From the human T2T-CHM13v2.0 reference genome, Homo sapiens, in the NCBI RefSeq assembly GCF_009914755.1, contig NC_060947.1: 64,000 nucleotides of DNA; one strand, given 5' to 3'. The translations under genes and the position numbers were made by a program. Under the pieces are notes generated by a model. That model had not been told where the DNA came from, searched no databases, and worked only from the letters and a program-made list of their open reading frames with translations. The first letter of the stretch is position 1; each line of letters starts with the position of its first letter. Shown piece after piece: positions 1 to 16,893 of this stretch.

Positions 1-197
1 CATTCTCCTGCCTCAGCCTCCCGAGTAGTTGGGACTACAGGCGCCCGCCACCACACCCGGCTAATTTTTTGTATTATTTAGCAGAGACGGGGTTTCACCG
101 TGTTAGCCAGGATGGTCTCGATCTCCTGACCTCGTGATCCACCCGCCTCGGTCTCCCAAAGTGCTGGGATTACAGGCGTGAGCCCCCGTGCCCGGCC
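1..197 (-). mobile_element. AluY-like SINE (cut by window edge)
   Basis: CpG-rich Alu reverse complement ending ...gtgcccggcc. Confidence 0.9.
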
Positions 198-2224
198 AGA
201 TTTTATGCTTCTTAAAAAATGTATTGAGGTCTTTAATTTCTCTCAACAATGTTTTGTAGTTTTCAGTATAAAATTAGATTGTGGTGAAGAATGTACAACT
301 CTGTGACTATACTATAAAACATTGACTTGTCCACTTACAATAGGTGACTTGTATGATATGTGAATTATATGTCAATAAAGATGTCAAAAAATAAAAAAGG
401 CCTTCATACCTCCTCCTGCTTGCCTTGTCTCTCACCTCTGTTCTACCTATATTGTGGCCTTCAGCCATATCTCAGTAAATTCCATTCCCCAATTAGCATC
501 CATACTTTTCTGCCTCTGTGCATTTGTTTGACCTCAACTAATTCCCTCTTATTTCTTCCTGTGGAAATCTCATCCATCCTCCAAGACTCATTTCCATTCC
601 TTTGTCACTGACCAGATATTCTAACTTGTATTGTAGTTATTGGTTGTTGTCTTATGCCCATAATTAAGCTGGAATCCCTTGAGGTCACAGTTCATGTCTG
701 TTTTGCTACATTCCTGCAGAACCTAGTTCAGCAATAATTAGGAACTGAAATGAATTCACCTTGAACTAAGAGTGCTCCACAATAAGATTTTCCTTTAGCT
801 CTTTTAAAACTTTGAAATACTATGATTTTTAGTTATTTAGCCTCAACAGTTTTTATAGCCATCTCTGAATTCCTGCTGAGTTTTTAGCCCTTTGTTAGCC
901 ATATGGTCATGGAATGCTGAGACTTCTTATCCTTCACTACTCTTTAATTCGATATATGTATGACATGAAATATATGTATACATGCACATATGGTACATAT
1001 ATACATAAATATATAAAGATAAATATAAACACATACATATTGAGAGAGAGAGAATATATTATATGCCAGATACTGGGAAGATATCAAGACATAAAAGTCA
1101 TAAAGAGTTAAGAGTTCATAGTCTTTGCAGGTGGAAATGAAGGTGGGCATATACAGACATAATAAAACTTCTAGATTTAGAAGTGCACAGAGGAAATAGC
1201 ACTATCTTGCAGTGAGGGACTACTGAGTGCCAGTGCTGTTCTCCTCAACCTACCTCAACTCTGCAAAGTATCTAAGTCTTTTTAACTGCCCGAGTGTCAT
1301 TTGAGGCCATGTCTAATTTACAGATTGGCTTGCTTAATTTTCAACCATATTGCTTTTCAAGTGTCTTATTTTTTTTTCTTATTATGTATTAACTTGTCCT
1401 TAAACAGATTTTGTTTATTGACCTATTTTAGAATTTTTGTTGTCCCTTTTCTAAAATTTGAAAACTAATATGTTGAAGCCTGTAATTTCTCAATGTAAAA
1501 GATATCTAGCCATTTAATCAAGTTTTACCACATTTCATCAATAACTCAAAGAAATAGACAATATCCATTTTATTATCACTGGCTTCATCTAATCAGGCTT
1601 AAGAATGCTTTCACCAATGGGTGAATATGGGCCACAGATGCTCTTAGGAGTAAAGTGAACCAAAACACTGATTTCCTAATTCAAGAGTTATCCAACACTT
1701 TTAATAGTCACATTTAATTACTTTCTTAAAGCTACAATAAATAAAAATTTTAAAAAATAATAAAATAGTTTGAAGTAACCACAGCTTTCCTTATATTCCT
1801 GCAATTCTTCTTCTTCTTCTTTTTTTTTTTTTTTTTTTTTTTTTGGTTTACTTGGTGTCAACATAAGTGTCTGGGAAAAGAACTCAAGTGAAGAACCTCA
1901 GTCAAAAGACATACATCCCATCCTTGTGCCAGGTGGAAAGCCAACCTCTGAAATGCCAAAGGGATCGGTCTTCTGATTAATGGAGGGTTTGATAGAATGT
2001 ATAGTTTATTACATTTTTGGCCCTTAAAATTTTTACCCAAAATGGGTGAATCCACTTTCATGCCTGAGTCCTAACACTAATGCTCTTAGAAGAGGAGGTC
2101 CTCAGGGTCATCATTCTGGGCCGTCTTCATCCGGAACCAAAAATGGCTCCTGAGATTGGATTTACTGTCTCCTGAGTCCAAATAGTCCTAGATTTGATTT
2201 CAAAACATCCCATCAGCCTCTTCA

Positions 2225-2545
2225 TATTCTCCCAGCCTGTGGCTTGCCTTTTCATTCACTTAATAGAATCTTTTGAAGAGCAGTTTTTAATAGTAATGAA
2301 GTCAAACATATCAATTTTTTCTTTCACGGATTAGCCTTTTGGTGTTATATCTAAAAATACATTGCCAAACTCCAAATCATAAAGTTTTCTCCTACGTTTT
2401 CTTCTGGACCTTTTGTAGTTTTGCATTTTCCATTTAGCTCTATGATTCATTTTGGGTTAATTTTGTGTAAGGTGCAAAGCGTGTGTTGAGATTCTCTTTT
2501 TGTATATGGATGCCCAATTGTTTCAGCACCATTTATTAAAACACC
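2225..2545 (-). mobile_element. Old L1 (L1M) fragment
   Basis: Typical antisense L1 ORF2 text (ttttggtgttatatctaaaaa, ccaattgtttcagcaccatttatt). Confidence 0.65.
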
Positions 2546-2979
2546 CAATTAATTTTTGTAGAGTGACTGGATTAATTTTGAAATTGCTGGTCTTGGTTAT
2601 ACATTGTGCTCCTGTTTTCTTTACATGAATGGTAAAAATTTTGAAGTTCTTAATCATTGCAAGATGGCCTCAGCGGGTTTCTTGGGTGACGAGCCAGTAC
2701 ATTGTGATCCATAAAATCTTTTTGGAATATAAATACTGATATTTATATACTATATTATTTTATATTTATATTTGTTGGATATTCAGCTTGTTGAAGTAAC
2801 AAGAGAAAATTATTTATATTTGTTAACAAGAGAAAATTATTTATATTTGTTGGATATTCAGCTTGCTGAAATAACAAGAGAAAATTAGGTGACATTTTAA
2901 GAAGAATTTAAGACCTAGTGATTGGAAGACTTGGAAGCTTGTGTCAATCCAGGAAATATCACTTATTTTAAGAAACCTG

Positions 2980-3890
2980 AGTGTCCCTCACACCTAAATG
3001 AATTCCAAATGGGTCAAGGATTTTACAACAAAATCATGAAGAAATAGAAGAAAACACAGGATAATTTTTATATTTAATTTTGCAGTTGAGAAGGCCTTTT
3101 TAAGTATGACAGAAATCCAGAAGCCATAAAAGGAAACATTGATAAATTTGAACTCATATAAGTAAAACAACTTCTGCATTTCGAAATACACTATAAACAA
3201 AGAACAATGTAAAAAATAAAAATGACAGACTGGGAATAATACTTGTTACATGTATCACAGACAAAAGGATAATTTTCTTATTATACATAAAGAACTCCTA
3301 CAAATTGACACAACAACAACAACAAAAGCCATCAATTCAATTCAAGTTTGCAACGGAATAAATAAAAAGTTCATAGGAAATATAAGAGCTGCATCAGCTC
3401 ATGAAAAGATGCCCATCAATAGTAGTAACAAAAGAAATGCAAAATAAAACCACACCCAGATACCATTTTTACCTGTTATGTTGGCAAAGACACAAAGTTT
3501 AATTACACCTTGTGTGATCCAAGGTGTGGGAAAATAAGTACCCTCATGCATTGCTGGCAAGAGTGTAAACTGACAATACTATCAAGCTGGAGAGTGATTT
3601 GGCAATGTCTATTAAAATCAAAAATGCACTTACCCTTCTCACACACACACATACATCAATATTCACTCATTGCATCATTATTCATAATAGCAAAAAATTG
3701 AAAACTATGTCCTTCAATTAAGACTGATTCTACAAAATACGATACATACATACAATAGAATACTATGCAGCCTTTAAAAAATGAGACAGCTCTCTGTAGT
3801 TTGATACTGAAGGATCTCCAAGATGTAGTGTTAAGGGAAAAACAAAGCACACAACAGTGTCTAGTATGCAACATTTCTAAGAAAAACATG
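2980..3890 (+). mobile_element. Old L1 (L1ME-like) 3' fragments
   Basis: A-rich L1 ORF2-end and 3'UTR motifs (gaaatgcaaaataaaaccaca, gaatactatgcagcc). Confidence 0.6.
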
Positions 3891-4474
3891 TTATAGACTG
3901 TGTAAGTGTGGAACGTCTCTTAATGCACACAAGGAAATCAGTAACCTTGTTTGTCTCAGGAGGATGGTTTAAGGGAGAAGCAGGAGGAAGTCTTGCTTTT
4001 CACTGATTGTCTTTCTGTGCATGTATTAATATTTTAAAAATAAGATAATTTTTAAAACTGAAGTGATAGTTTTCAATGTCGTTTTAGAAGCCCCTTAGGT
4101 TCTTACCCTCAGGATGCCAACGCCAAAGATCTGGCTCCTCAAGTAGTGCCCCACAGGCTGGTTAATAGCTCCACAGAGGGAGATTTTAGAACTTGGTGCT
4201 CTTTTCTATATATATATCCAGCCTGTGATGGACTCTTAAATAAGAAAGGTCCAACAGTGCACATTGTTGTTTCTGTGGTTAGCTCATACTTAGCATGACA
4301 CTGGAAAAACATCCATGGGAATGGGAGTGGAAGCTTCAAATGCACTTTTCAGATCTATGTGAGAAATTTCTGAGTGTGAATACCTTTCTCAAATTAATAG
4401 GTTAAGTGTTTCATGTGTTCATATGTTTATATACATATAAAAATAAACCTACAAAAAACACACAAAAGGGTTAA

Positions 4475-4857
<383 letters not shown>

Positions 4858-5380
4858 TAATTTTCTTTGTATTATTTAATCATGTGCAGTTTTAAATTTT
4901 CTACATTGAACATGGATTGATTGTGTAATTAAAGAAAATCTCTCTTCCTTTGAGCATTATTGTCCATAAAATATTACCTTGTCTAATTTATGCTCTACGT
5001 CATTAAAAATGAGCAATCAAGAAATCCCTATTGTGTTAACGTACTAAGAAAAAGATGAGTGTGACAGAAGAATGGTACAAGACCCCTCTGTTCAGGCATA
5101 AATCTTATTCTAAGGTCATCTACTTTCTGTTCATGGAAGAAGGAGCATGGCCTGCTCACTGGTTAAAGGTGACCCTGGTATATTAAGATGAGAAAAACTG
5201 GTGAGCAAGCCAGGAAAAGCAAGTGCACATCTCAGAAGAGTCAGGGCCAGGCCTGAGAAAACTATGAAGTAGGCCCACAAGTGACCCCAGCTCTGTATGA
5301 TTCCATTTTGCTCTTCTATAGCATCCCCATTTCTGGCCCCCTTCAAGAGGGTGGAAGTGAGAAGATGGAAAAAGTGAAGG

Positions 5381-6085
5381 TGTTACTGGGAAGTGCAGGA
5401 ATCCTTGGTTCTTGTCTAATTTGGGAGAAAGAATTTGTCCAAGGGACAATTAGTAATGCAAGCCAAAGGTTTATTAAAGAGATAAGAGTACAACCCAAGA
5501 GAGGAGCCAGTTAACTTGGCTGCAAAACAGCTCTGGGCTGGTCTGGCTGGAAAGCAGCAGCAGCAGCAAGGTTTATTTAAACAGACAGTACACTCTGAAG
5601 CACGAGTCAGAGCAGGCTGCTCAAAAGAATGGGCTAGCAGCAGCTGGTGCTGGGGGACTCTAAGAGAATCTTACTTGATTATTCATGAAGGGGCATAACG
5701 GGGTGTCACTTGCAATCATGTTTTAGGTGGTACCCTTGGGTACACATGCTGGATGATGGTACATGTTAGCATGCATGACACATGTATCATTAGTATTTAA
5801 AATCCCCACTCAAGGGTCTGTTTTTTACTATTATAATGAGCAAAAGGGTACTCTAGGGCAAGCTATTGGAGGAGTGTGCATGCACATCTGCCTGGGAAGT
5901 CCCTATCATGGTTATCTCCAACTAGGGCCTGATAAGTCTCCTTCAGGGCTGGAGGAGCCCAACCACAAGGCCAGAAGTAGCCAGTGTAGCCCATCTTTTT
6001 TGCTGTCAGTGGGCAGCGTCTCTGCGACTTCTTTTCCCAGGGGCTCCTTTGCCTGTTCGTTCCTGGTTATCTGCCTACTCTAACA
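5381..6085 (-). mobile_element. Solo LTR, ERV1-class
   Basis: TG...CA termini (tgttact...ctctaaca) with a 4-bp target-site duplication AAGG (5377-5380 / 6086-6089). Minus-strand AATAAA near 5470. Subfamily not determined. Confidence 0.7.
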
Positions 6086-7373
6086 AAGGGACTTTGTGGA
6101 GGGTTAGGAATGGAGGTAAAGTGACAGAAGACTCTCTTGCCTGGCATGAATAAGGGGTTTGCCGCAGCTTTATCTCTCACATGTAGAAGTGGCTTCTAAG
6201 GGTAAGCATGAGACACAGGAGCCAAACAGGGAGGACAATGGAGAGAAATTCCAAATCCATTGCTCAAATAAGCTTTGTTAGAGGCAGGCAGATGGAAATC
6301 CTGCAGCTCTGTATTCCATGACATGAATAGTTTATTGTAAAGATTAAAATATTCCTAATGACTGAGGCAAAATGCCGGTTGGATTTGTCAAGTTGTATGA
6401 CAAGCTTGCTTCTGTTTCTGGAAAAAAAAAATTGTCACAGAAGCTGACTGAGCTGTGGCCAAAAAGAGATAAAGTGTAATAATTTACCCCTCAGCCATTA
6501 CTTCTTGTTTTAAATTTCTTGGTGGGAAAAAATTCATTATGTCCGCTATGAAGAAGAGAACAATCCTGGAGGGCTTCTATTTTTCAAAAGGCTTGAGAAT
6601 TCTTCAAATGAAACTGCAGCACCTATACGTTCATAAACTTCAAGTAGTTTTAACATAACATTGTCTTTGTTATCATGTCAATCTTAGCTCACCAAATCTA
6701 GAAGCACTTGCTGTGTAACTTTCCCGTGTTAATGATCCTAACAGGTTTTTCAGTACTTCTAAGGCTATTAGGTCTCTACTGCTCAGCGCTTCACTTGGAA
6801 AGAAAGTATGGATTTGATGGAGTAGGAAAGATACACGTTGCCAAGTTACAGTTTCCCATCTAGATTGTGTCACCCAGAGCAACTCATCAAGGGACAAGAT
6901 TATGGGAGAAAAAGAAAACATGGGAAACAATGTTAAGTAATTGAAAAAGTTCCATAGCCAGAGACTGGAGTCCTTCAGTACTGGTTTCCATTATTAACTC
7001 GTTCGACGAGATGAAGATAATGGGACTGAACATTTTACTAAGAACACTGTAAGTATTTCAAAAGCGTCTAAAATCATGGCACACAGACAGTCTCCATATT
7101 GTTATTCTCTATGTTAGTGAGTGGGTTGCTCCTGAGCAAGTAGAAATTTAAATTTAAAGTTTCTGAGATAATTGGCACAGGAGTATGAATTTGAGTTTGT
7201 TATTGTGGGTCTGTGATTCATTCATAATTAAAGAAATATGATCATCTGTAAAATGTGGCTAAAAAAAGAAAAAAGAAATATTTTATTAAATTTTAGAAAA
7301 AATGTTGCCAGCATGTTTTTCATTGAAAAGATAATGTATGAAAAAGCTAAAAACATTTTCTAAAAGAAAATAT

Positions 7374-8609
<1,236 letters not shown>

Positions 8610-9078
8610 TAAGCATTATCCTTCAATGTAGAGTAGTTATAAAAAATAAAACTAAAATATTTCTATGCAGGAACACCTTGTCAACAGTCATTTCATAACT
8701 ACTTTTTATTTTCTGCAGCATATATTATTTTGGTGCTAGTAACATTGATGAGATGTGACTGTGATAAGCATGAAGAAAAAACAAATGGGACAATATTAGA
8801 AACTGAAAACCAAACGAAAACACTACTACTGGTATTGTATTGAAAACAAATCACATGAAATAAAATAAATTGAATAGCCAAACTTAAGATCTACATGCAT
8901 AAAAAGAGAAATAAATTAACATTATTTTTATAACAAAAGAAATGAAATCTATAAAATATGCAAATAGCTTTATCTTTTAGGTTCAATAAACACTTATTTA
9001 TACTTCCTATATGATATGCTTTTCCACATACATTATATTGTGTTTCCTTGATAACATTTTTACTGATTTTAAAAAGTA

Positions 9079-9369
<291 letters not shown>

Positions 9370-10129
9370 GCAATGTATGTGCATGCATGGAGTCAAGATA
9401 TATATGGGAACTCTCTGTACTTTCTGCTCAATTTTTCGGTGAACCTAAAACTTCTCTAAAAAATAAACTCTATTAAAAAAGGCAATATATACTTATTGTA
9501 GAAAATTAAATTTACAAAGGTATAAAGAAGAAACTTAACATAACCCACAATCTTACCACCCAGAGACCACTATTGCCTTTTCTCTTTTAGTTTTTTCTGT
9601 GCATATATATTTATAACCATTTAAAAAATAAAATAATAATCATGCTGCAGATGTAAAGTAATTTAAGCATCCTATACCTACAGAAATAGCAAAATGTTAA
9701 CACCAGAAATTAATGTGCCTTTCAGCAATAAAAAAAAGAATATATTTTGTTAACCGTATGGTCAAATAAAAATTTATTTTCACAATTGGTGGACACGCAA
9801 AGCAGTTGAAATAGTCTGAAAAAAAACTTGGACATATATAATTAAAGTGACAAACACATCTCTTTTTTCTCTCTCTCATCAGGATCTAAGCCAAGAAACT
9901 AAAAATAAAAACATGAATCAAGAATGATCCCAACAACCATGCTGGAAACTAAATATTTCATTTTTGTTTCACTAAAGATGTGTCATTAGTGTAACTAAGG
10001 AAAATTATACTCTAATTGGAAACACAACACGAAAAATTATACTGTATTGAATCCTGCACACAATAAATTGAAAAATGAAACCATGAAAAAATGCACAGAA
10101 AAAAGCAAATGCGACATTATACATAAAAA

Positions 10130-11980
10130 TAAGAATATGACACACTGAAAACTATAAAGTATTGATGAAATTGAAGAAGACATAAATAAATAAAAAGATA
10201 TCCTGTGTTCATAGGTTGGAAGAATTAATATTATTAAAATGTACAGACTACCCAAAGAAATCTACAGCTTTAATGCAATCCTTGTCAAAATTCAAGTGAC
10301 AAGGGTCACAGAAATGGAAAAAAAATCCTAAAATTTGTATGGAACCTCAAAATACCCCAAATAGCCAAAGCAATCTTGACCAAAAGCAACAAAGCTGGAA
10401 GCATCACACTACTTGATTTCAAAATATACTACAAACTACAGTAATCAAAACAGCATAGTACTGGCATAAAAATAGACATTTAGACAAACGGAACAGAATA
10501 GATAGCCCCCAGATAAGTCAACACATTTATAGTCAATTGATCTTTGAAAAAGTGCCAAGAGCACACAATGAGGAAAGGACAGTTTCTTCAATAAAGTGCA
10601 CTGGAAAACTGGATATCCACATGTCTCCTTTGAAAAAGAATGAAATTACACCGTTTTCTCACACCATATACAAAAATAAAAGAGATTAAAGACTGAAATG
10701 TAAGACCTGAAATTTAAAACTACTAGAAGAAAACATAGGGGAAATAACTTCTTGACATCAGTCAGGGCAATGATTTTTGGACTATGACTTCCAAATCATA
10801 GGCAACAAAAGCAAAAATAGATGATTGGGATTGCATCAAACTAAAAAACTTCTGCACAGCCAAGGAAACAATCAACAGAGTGAAAAGACAACCTACAGAG
10901 TGGAAAAAAAAATTTGCAAGCCATGCATCTGATAAGGGGTTAATATCCAAAATATATAAGGAACTCAAACACTCAATGGTAAGAAAACAAATAACTCAAT
11001 AAAAAATGAGCAAGGGACCTAATAGACATTTCTGAAAAGAAGACACCAATATGGCCAACAAGTATATAAAAAAATGCTCAACAGGCTTAATCATCAGGGA
11101 AATACAAATTAACACTACAATGAGATCACTTCACACTTGTTAGAATGGCTATTATCAGAAATATGAAAGAAAAGTGCTGGCGAGGATCTGAAGAGAAAGG
11201 AACCCTTGTCTATTGTTTGTGGGAATGTAAATTGGTACAGCCATTGGGGAAAACAGTGTAGAGTTTCCTTAAAAAATTAAAAATAGAACTACCATATGAT
11301 CTAGCAATCTCACTTTTGGGTATATATTCAAAAGAAATGAAATCAGTATGTCAAAGAGATATCTGCAATCCCGTGTTCGTCACAGCATTATTCACAATAG
11401 CTAAGATGTGAAATTAACCTGTGTCCATTGATGAATGAATGGATAAAGCAAATGTGGTATATATACACAATGGAATACTATTCAGCCTTAAGAAAGAATG
11501 AGATCCTGTCATTTGTGATAATGTGGATGAACCTGGAGGACATTATGCTAAATGAAAGAAGCCAGACAGGTACAGAAAGACCAATACTGCATGGTCTCAC
11601 TTATATGTGAAACCCAAAAAAGTTGAACTCATAGAGGCAGAGAGTAGAATGATGGTGGCCAGGGGCTGGGAGTGAGGGCAGTGGAAATATGTTGGTAAAA
11701 AGGAACAAAGTTTCAGTTATGTAGGATGAATAAATTCTGGAAATCTACTGTACAGCATGGTGACTACAGTTACAGTATTGTATACTTGAAAATGCTAAGA
11801 GACTAAATCTTAAGTATTCTTACCACCACAAAATAATAAGTGAGTTGATGGGTACGTTAGTTAGCTTGATTTAATCGTTTCACAATATGTATATATATAT
11901 ATATATTACAACATCATGTTGTATACTGAAAATATATACAATTATTTTATTTGTCAATTATACCTTAATAAAGCTGAGGA
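10130..11980 (+). mobile_element. L1MA-like LINE, 5'-truncated (ORF2 end + 3'UTR)
   Basis: Degenerate ORF2 peptide WIKQMWYIYTMEYYSA (ORF 11428-11610); ends ...tataccttaataaagctg. Confidence 0.88.
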
Positions 11981-13280
11981 ATAAGTGAGTATATAACTAT
12001 GTACCTATCAGAATGGCTAAAATAAGAAATAATGATAACAATGCATGCTGGTGAGGATGAATATTTGGCACTTGTGAAAGGTGGGGGTTTGCTAATGGTG
12101 ATAGTTCAGGAATTTTCCCTGGAGACTCTTCAAATCAGAGGTAGCAGGCCTTTATACACATGTAATTCTATGATTTTTCCATATGTGGGAAAATTTATAT
12201 TTGGCTAAATGTGCAGCCAGCTGCTTGGCAACATTTCCCAGGAGAGCTGGGATTGCAGTAAAAAGTGACCATTTCTGGCACTGTTTTTGGAACACCCTAG
12301 ATTGGCTTCAATGGTTTCAAAGGAACATTTTTGCACAATTTCCTCAAAATTAATTATCCCAATTCATTTTATACCAAAGATAATTTAAGGCAGGAAATGC
12401 CCCCTGAAAATCCTTCTATCTAAATTGTATTTTATCCCCAGTTCTTCCTCCACAAAACCGTCTTAGACTCACTTGGCCCACAGTGAGCTCTTCCTGTGAG
12501 AATTCCTCCTGTATTTATGATACAAGTTCAGGTGGCCTTTCAGAGGCCATGTAATTTAGCACATTCTTCTGGGTCTATGTTCTTGCTCCGTTTGTCAGCG
12601 ATTGGCTCTCTCCCCAATCAGGCTGTCTACTCCTTGAGAATAAGGTTGGTGTCAGATAACCTTAGTCATACTCCTCCCCCAGCCCTCTCAGTGGGTTAGC
12701 ATAGTTTAGAACCAAACGTGTGTTCAAAAACATGCAATTGAGAATGGGCGTGGGGATGACATAAAGTCTGTGTCCCTGTAAAGCGCTTAAAAAATGGCTT
12801 CAAGAGCTCCTTGCACAAACACCAATTGCAATTTTCTCCTGGATGCTAAAACCATGTGTACATTATGTTGGGCTCTGTATTTAACCAGCCTGAAGTCTAG
12901 ACTTATCTTCCCTGGGCCCTCAGCCAGAGATTACAGAGAAAAAGCAGCCTTGGGTGAATGTCTTGTTTGGAAGCGGAAAGACCTTGTTCAAGTGTTGGTG
13001 TAGGAACAGCAGCAGACAGGAGCTGAGCTACCTCCCTACCACCCCTCACTGGGGAGTGATCAGTAAAAAAGGAAATTTCTATGCACAGTAGATTGTGAGA
13101 TTGTGCTCTATTGGCAGCTGCTGAGTAGTAGTGCTGAGATAGAAACCAAGGCAGGTTGGATCCACAAGCTGTGCTCTCAACCACTAGGTTACACTGTCTC
13201 TGACGATGGTCCCCTGTTAATGAACATACTTGCTGTTTCTGGTTTTCAAACATTTGCAGTACTCTTCCTTCGTTCATTGA

Positions 13281-13733
<453 letters not shown>

Positions 13734-13934
13734 TAAGGAAAAGTTGCTGAAAGAAGTCCCTCTTGTATCCCTACAGTGCTCTGTGATTGCCTCTGTCATT
13801 TTACTTACCATGCTGTGTTGTATGAGGTGGGGCTGCACTTATTTCAGACATTTCTTTGTTTCATGGAATTTTTTAAATGAACCCTAGTAGGAGGGATGCA
13901 TCCATACCCCTCAATCATTTTAGTGATATTGTCA

Positions 13935-14510
13935 ATGTCTTTTGGCCAAAGATCACTAGGCACACACATGTTGATCAACCTGGGTTTATTACTTGTTGAA
14001 GTGAGGGGGCATGTACACCGTGAAGAACTGTGAGGCATCTCAAGAACAGTATGTTAGAAAAGATTTGTTATAGGATTTGGGCATTGGCTAGATGACTGGG
14101 GGAAGGTCAAAAAAAGCTATGGTTTGCCCTATATTGGATGCTGTCAGACAGTAGAACAATTCTGTGATCAAGTATTTCAATAAGTTTTAGCTAGAGGGAG
14201 GGTAGAGTAGAGGGAAGCTACAGCTCTAGTTAGTAAAGAGTAGCAGTCATTCATTTTAGCTGGGAGAGGGATGTTTTGTCATTTCTGTGGTTTGGACAGT
14301 GTTCACATTTTGTCTGGTTTCAGCCATTACAGAGTTATCTTGCTTCTGCCTTGATCCATCATAGTCACAGAGTTGCCTTGTCTGATATTGGCATTCTGTG
14401 GATTTATGTTCAACAGAACAACAAGACCTAGTTTGGTGTTGCTGCTAGTGCTAGGCCAGCTCCTAGCAACAGCAAGGCCTAGCTGATGGTACTAGTCCAA
14501 CTCCTGGATG
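13935..14510 (-). mobile_element. Probable old ERV LTR
   Basis: LTR-like text with minus-strand AATAAA (gggtttattac at ~13985). Termini and target-site duplication not confirmed. Confidence 0.35.
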
Positions 14511-14959
14511 GTAGGAGATGCTTTTCTCTTTCTCATATGAGTATTTTACCAGAAGGGCATGTGCAGGGAGCTACCTTAAGTGCATTTCAAATAGGCTCCT
14601 GAATACCTCCATCCATCCCACAGGTGTTCTACCTCCAAAGCCCTGTTCTCTGACCCCACTGCATTGCTCTGTTTCCATCTATCCAACCCCTGCTCTATTT
14701 CTGGGCCAAGTCCTACCTCTTCTACGAAGACATCTCTGACCACTCCACACCAAAATACTTTCTCACTACTCTGATCTCGGTGCCTTTACTGTTTGATCTG
14801 TTTCTTTGACATTTTCTGGTTATATCAAGACTCTCCGGCTCACTACCATATCCTAAGGCCTAACACTACATATGGTCTAGTGAAGCGGTAGCATGTACTG
14901 CTATTTAACCTTTAATGCATAGGTTTTGTCCCCCCAGCTGAACTCTAAGCTACTCGAGG

Positions 14960-15200
14960 GCAGGAATTATATGCTGAGGACCCATATGTTGCTTATGTGC
15001 CAGGCTTTGTTCTAAGATTTTACATATATTAGTTCATTTAACACTCACAACAAGCCTATGTGATAAGTGCTCTTATTATCTACATTTTTCGTATTTTAAA
15101 AAACCCACTGAAGTTCAGGGAGGCTAAATAACTACCCAAGATCACGCAGGTACTAAGTGGCAGAGCTTGGGTTAAAATCCAGGCAGTTCAGCCCCCGAGT
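14960..15200 (-). mobile_element. MIR SINE
   Basis: tcatttaacactcacaacaagcctatg...cccaagatcacgcaggtactaagtggcagagc core. Confidence 0.7.
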
Positions 15201-15951
15201 TTGACAAATTCTTTGTTTTATATTCACAGCAGGGACATCTGGAATTAAAACGTACCATCCTCTGGAGAAAGTCATCCTTATTCATTTTTTCCCTGGACCT
15301 GAGGTGCCTCTCAAGGAGTTGGAGAAATCAGAATCTCCCTAATAGAGATGAGCTCAAGGGTAAAAAAAAAAAATGTGATGGATAAGATCTAAGCTTACTA
15401 CACAGATAAATGACTGCATATTACCCGCATACCAAAGCACTTTTTCCTTTACAAAACCCTTGCCTGCAAATTCCTTCAAAGAGAAAGCACCCTAATGCAT
15501 TTCAAATAAGCTCTCTGTATGCAACATTTCCCTTTTCAGCCCTCCCGCATCTCTCCCCACCCGCTCCAACTGTCAGTGGAGTGGCTTGAGTGGGAACTGC
15601 TATAGGTTTTTAGAACTTATGGTAGTGAATGTGTGTCCTTTTAACTTCCAGAAGACTCTGGAGGTCAGTGGGCTGGTGAGGCAACCTGTTGCCAAACAGT
15701 GCCAAATGGTCATTTGAAGCTAAACCAGCCCAGAGGATGAGCTGTGGGCTGTACTGCAAAGGGAGTTGTTTGGTTGTTGGCATGGGGCTTCCTGAACTAG
15801 ACCTGTCAAAGAGCCCATGGAGCTATCTTGAAATGTTCTTTAGTTACAGTCCTTTACAGTAGCTCCTTCAATTGCCCCATCGATAGCCCTGCCATGAGAA
15901 ACAAGAACCCCTTCTGCAAGCCATTTGGAATATAGAGGAAGGGGAAATCAT

Positions 15952-15971
15952 TATCTATCTATCTATCTATC

Positions 15972-16015
<44 letters not shown>
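15952..16015. repeat. (TATC)n / GATA microsatellite
   Basis: About 15 TATC units with one interruption. Confidence 0.95.
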
Positions 16016-16856
16016 GGCCAAGAGTGGCCTGATTTTTGTTCTCATTTCTTTGAACTGAGGTCCACTCCGTTATAACCTTGCTTTGTTCTTTCCCAGTCCT
16101 AGACTGCCATAGATAGTGGGCTTGCAGCTTTGTATGGAGGCATTCATTGGGCACCAGTGCACTGACAGTCTCTGAAGAATTATTAGGTCAGCTGGTTCCA
16201 AAGCATTTCAGGCTGATTAAGGCCCTGGAAGAATCTTTTTCCTAGCCCCTTCTGTTACCTCTTCCGTGCCTTCCCCTCCAGTTCACTCAGAGGCTGGTTC
16301 ATGACCAGTTGCAAAAAGCAGGGTAGTAGCGCATACGAATCTTCTCTCTAAATCCTCTTCAGATGTATTTCACTTATAATACGTGTTCTTGAAAATATGC
16401 ATTAATAAAATTGTGTTTGCTTGAATAGAGAAGCTACCATCACTGTGTGGATTAGAATGGCATTGGTGTAAAAATCTATGAAGATAATACATGCCAAGTT
16501 AGATCAATGCAGTTTGGTAGGTGGTATCTCCTTAGATCCTCACAATGCCACCCTTATCCTCCGGTTACAAGTAAGGAAACTGAGGAAGAGTGATTCCCAG
16601 AAAAAGAAGAGGAAGACAAGATAAAGAGGTAAAAGATAAGAGAAGAAAAGTACGGGAAGTTTTGGGCAGAAGGTAAGAGGATATTGGTAGAGCTTTGTGG
16701 GGGTGGGTTAGGAGAGGTGAGGGGAAGCTTTTAGGTAAGGACAGATGTCCTTATTGTGAATCTGGAAGGGCACAGAAAAGAAACCAAAACTTAAACATTT
16801 CTGGAGGCACTGCCTGGGCCACCCTCCTGGAATGAGAAGATCTGAGGTCAGAGTAG

Positions 16857-16893
<37 letters not shown>

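Noticed and set aside
10130-11980. L1 fragments as active retroelements
   Set aside because: All are 5'-truncated with many stops and frameshifts, and no intact ORF1 or ORF2 exists in the window.
16859-16890. Isolated A32 tract (and T-run at 1819-1844) as a processed-pseudogene tail
   Set aside because: No adjacent poly(A) signal at the right distance, no target-site duplication and no recognisable mRNA body.
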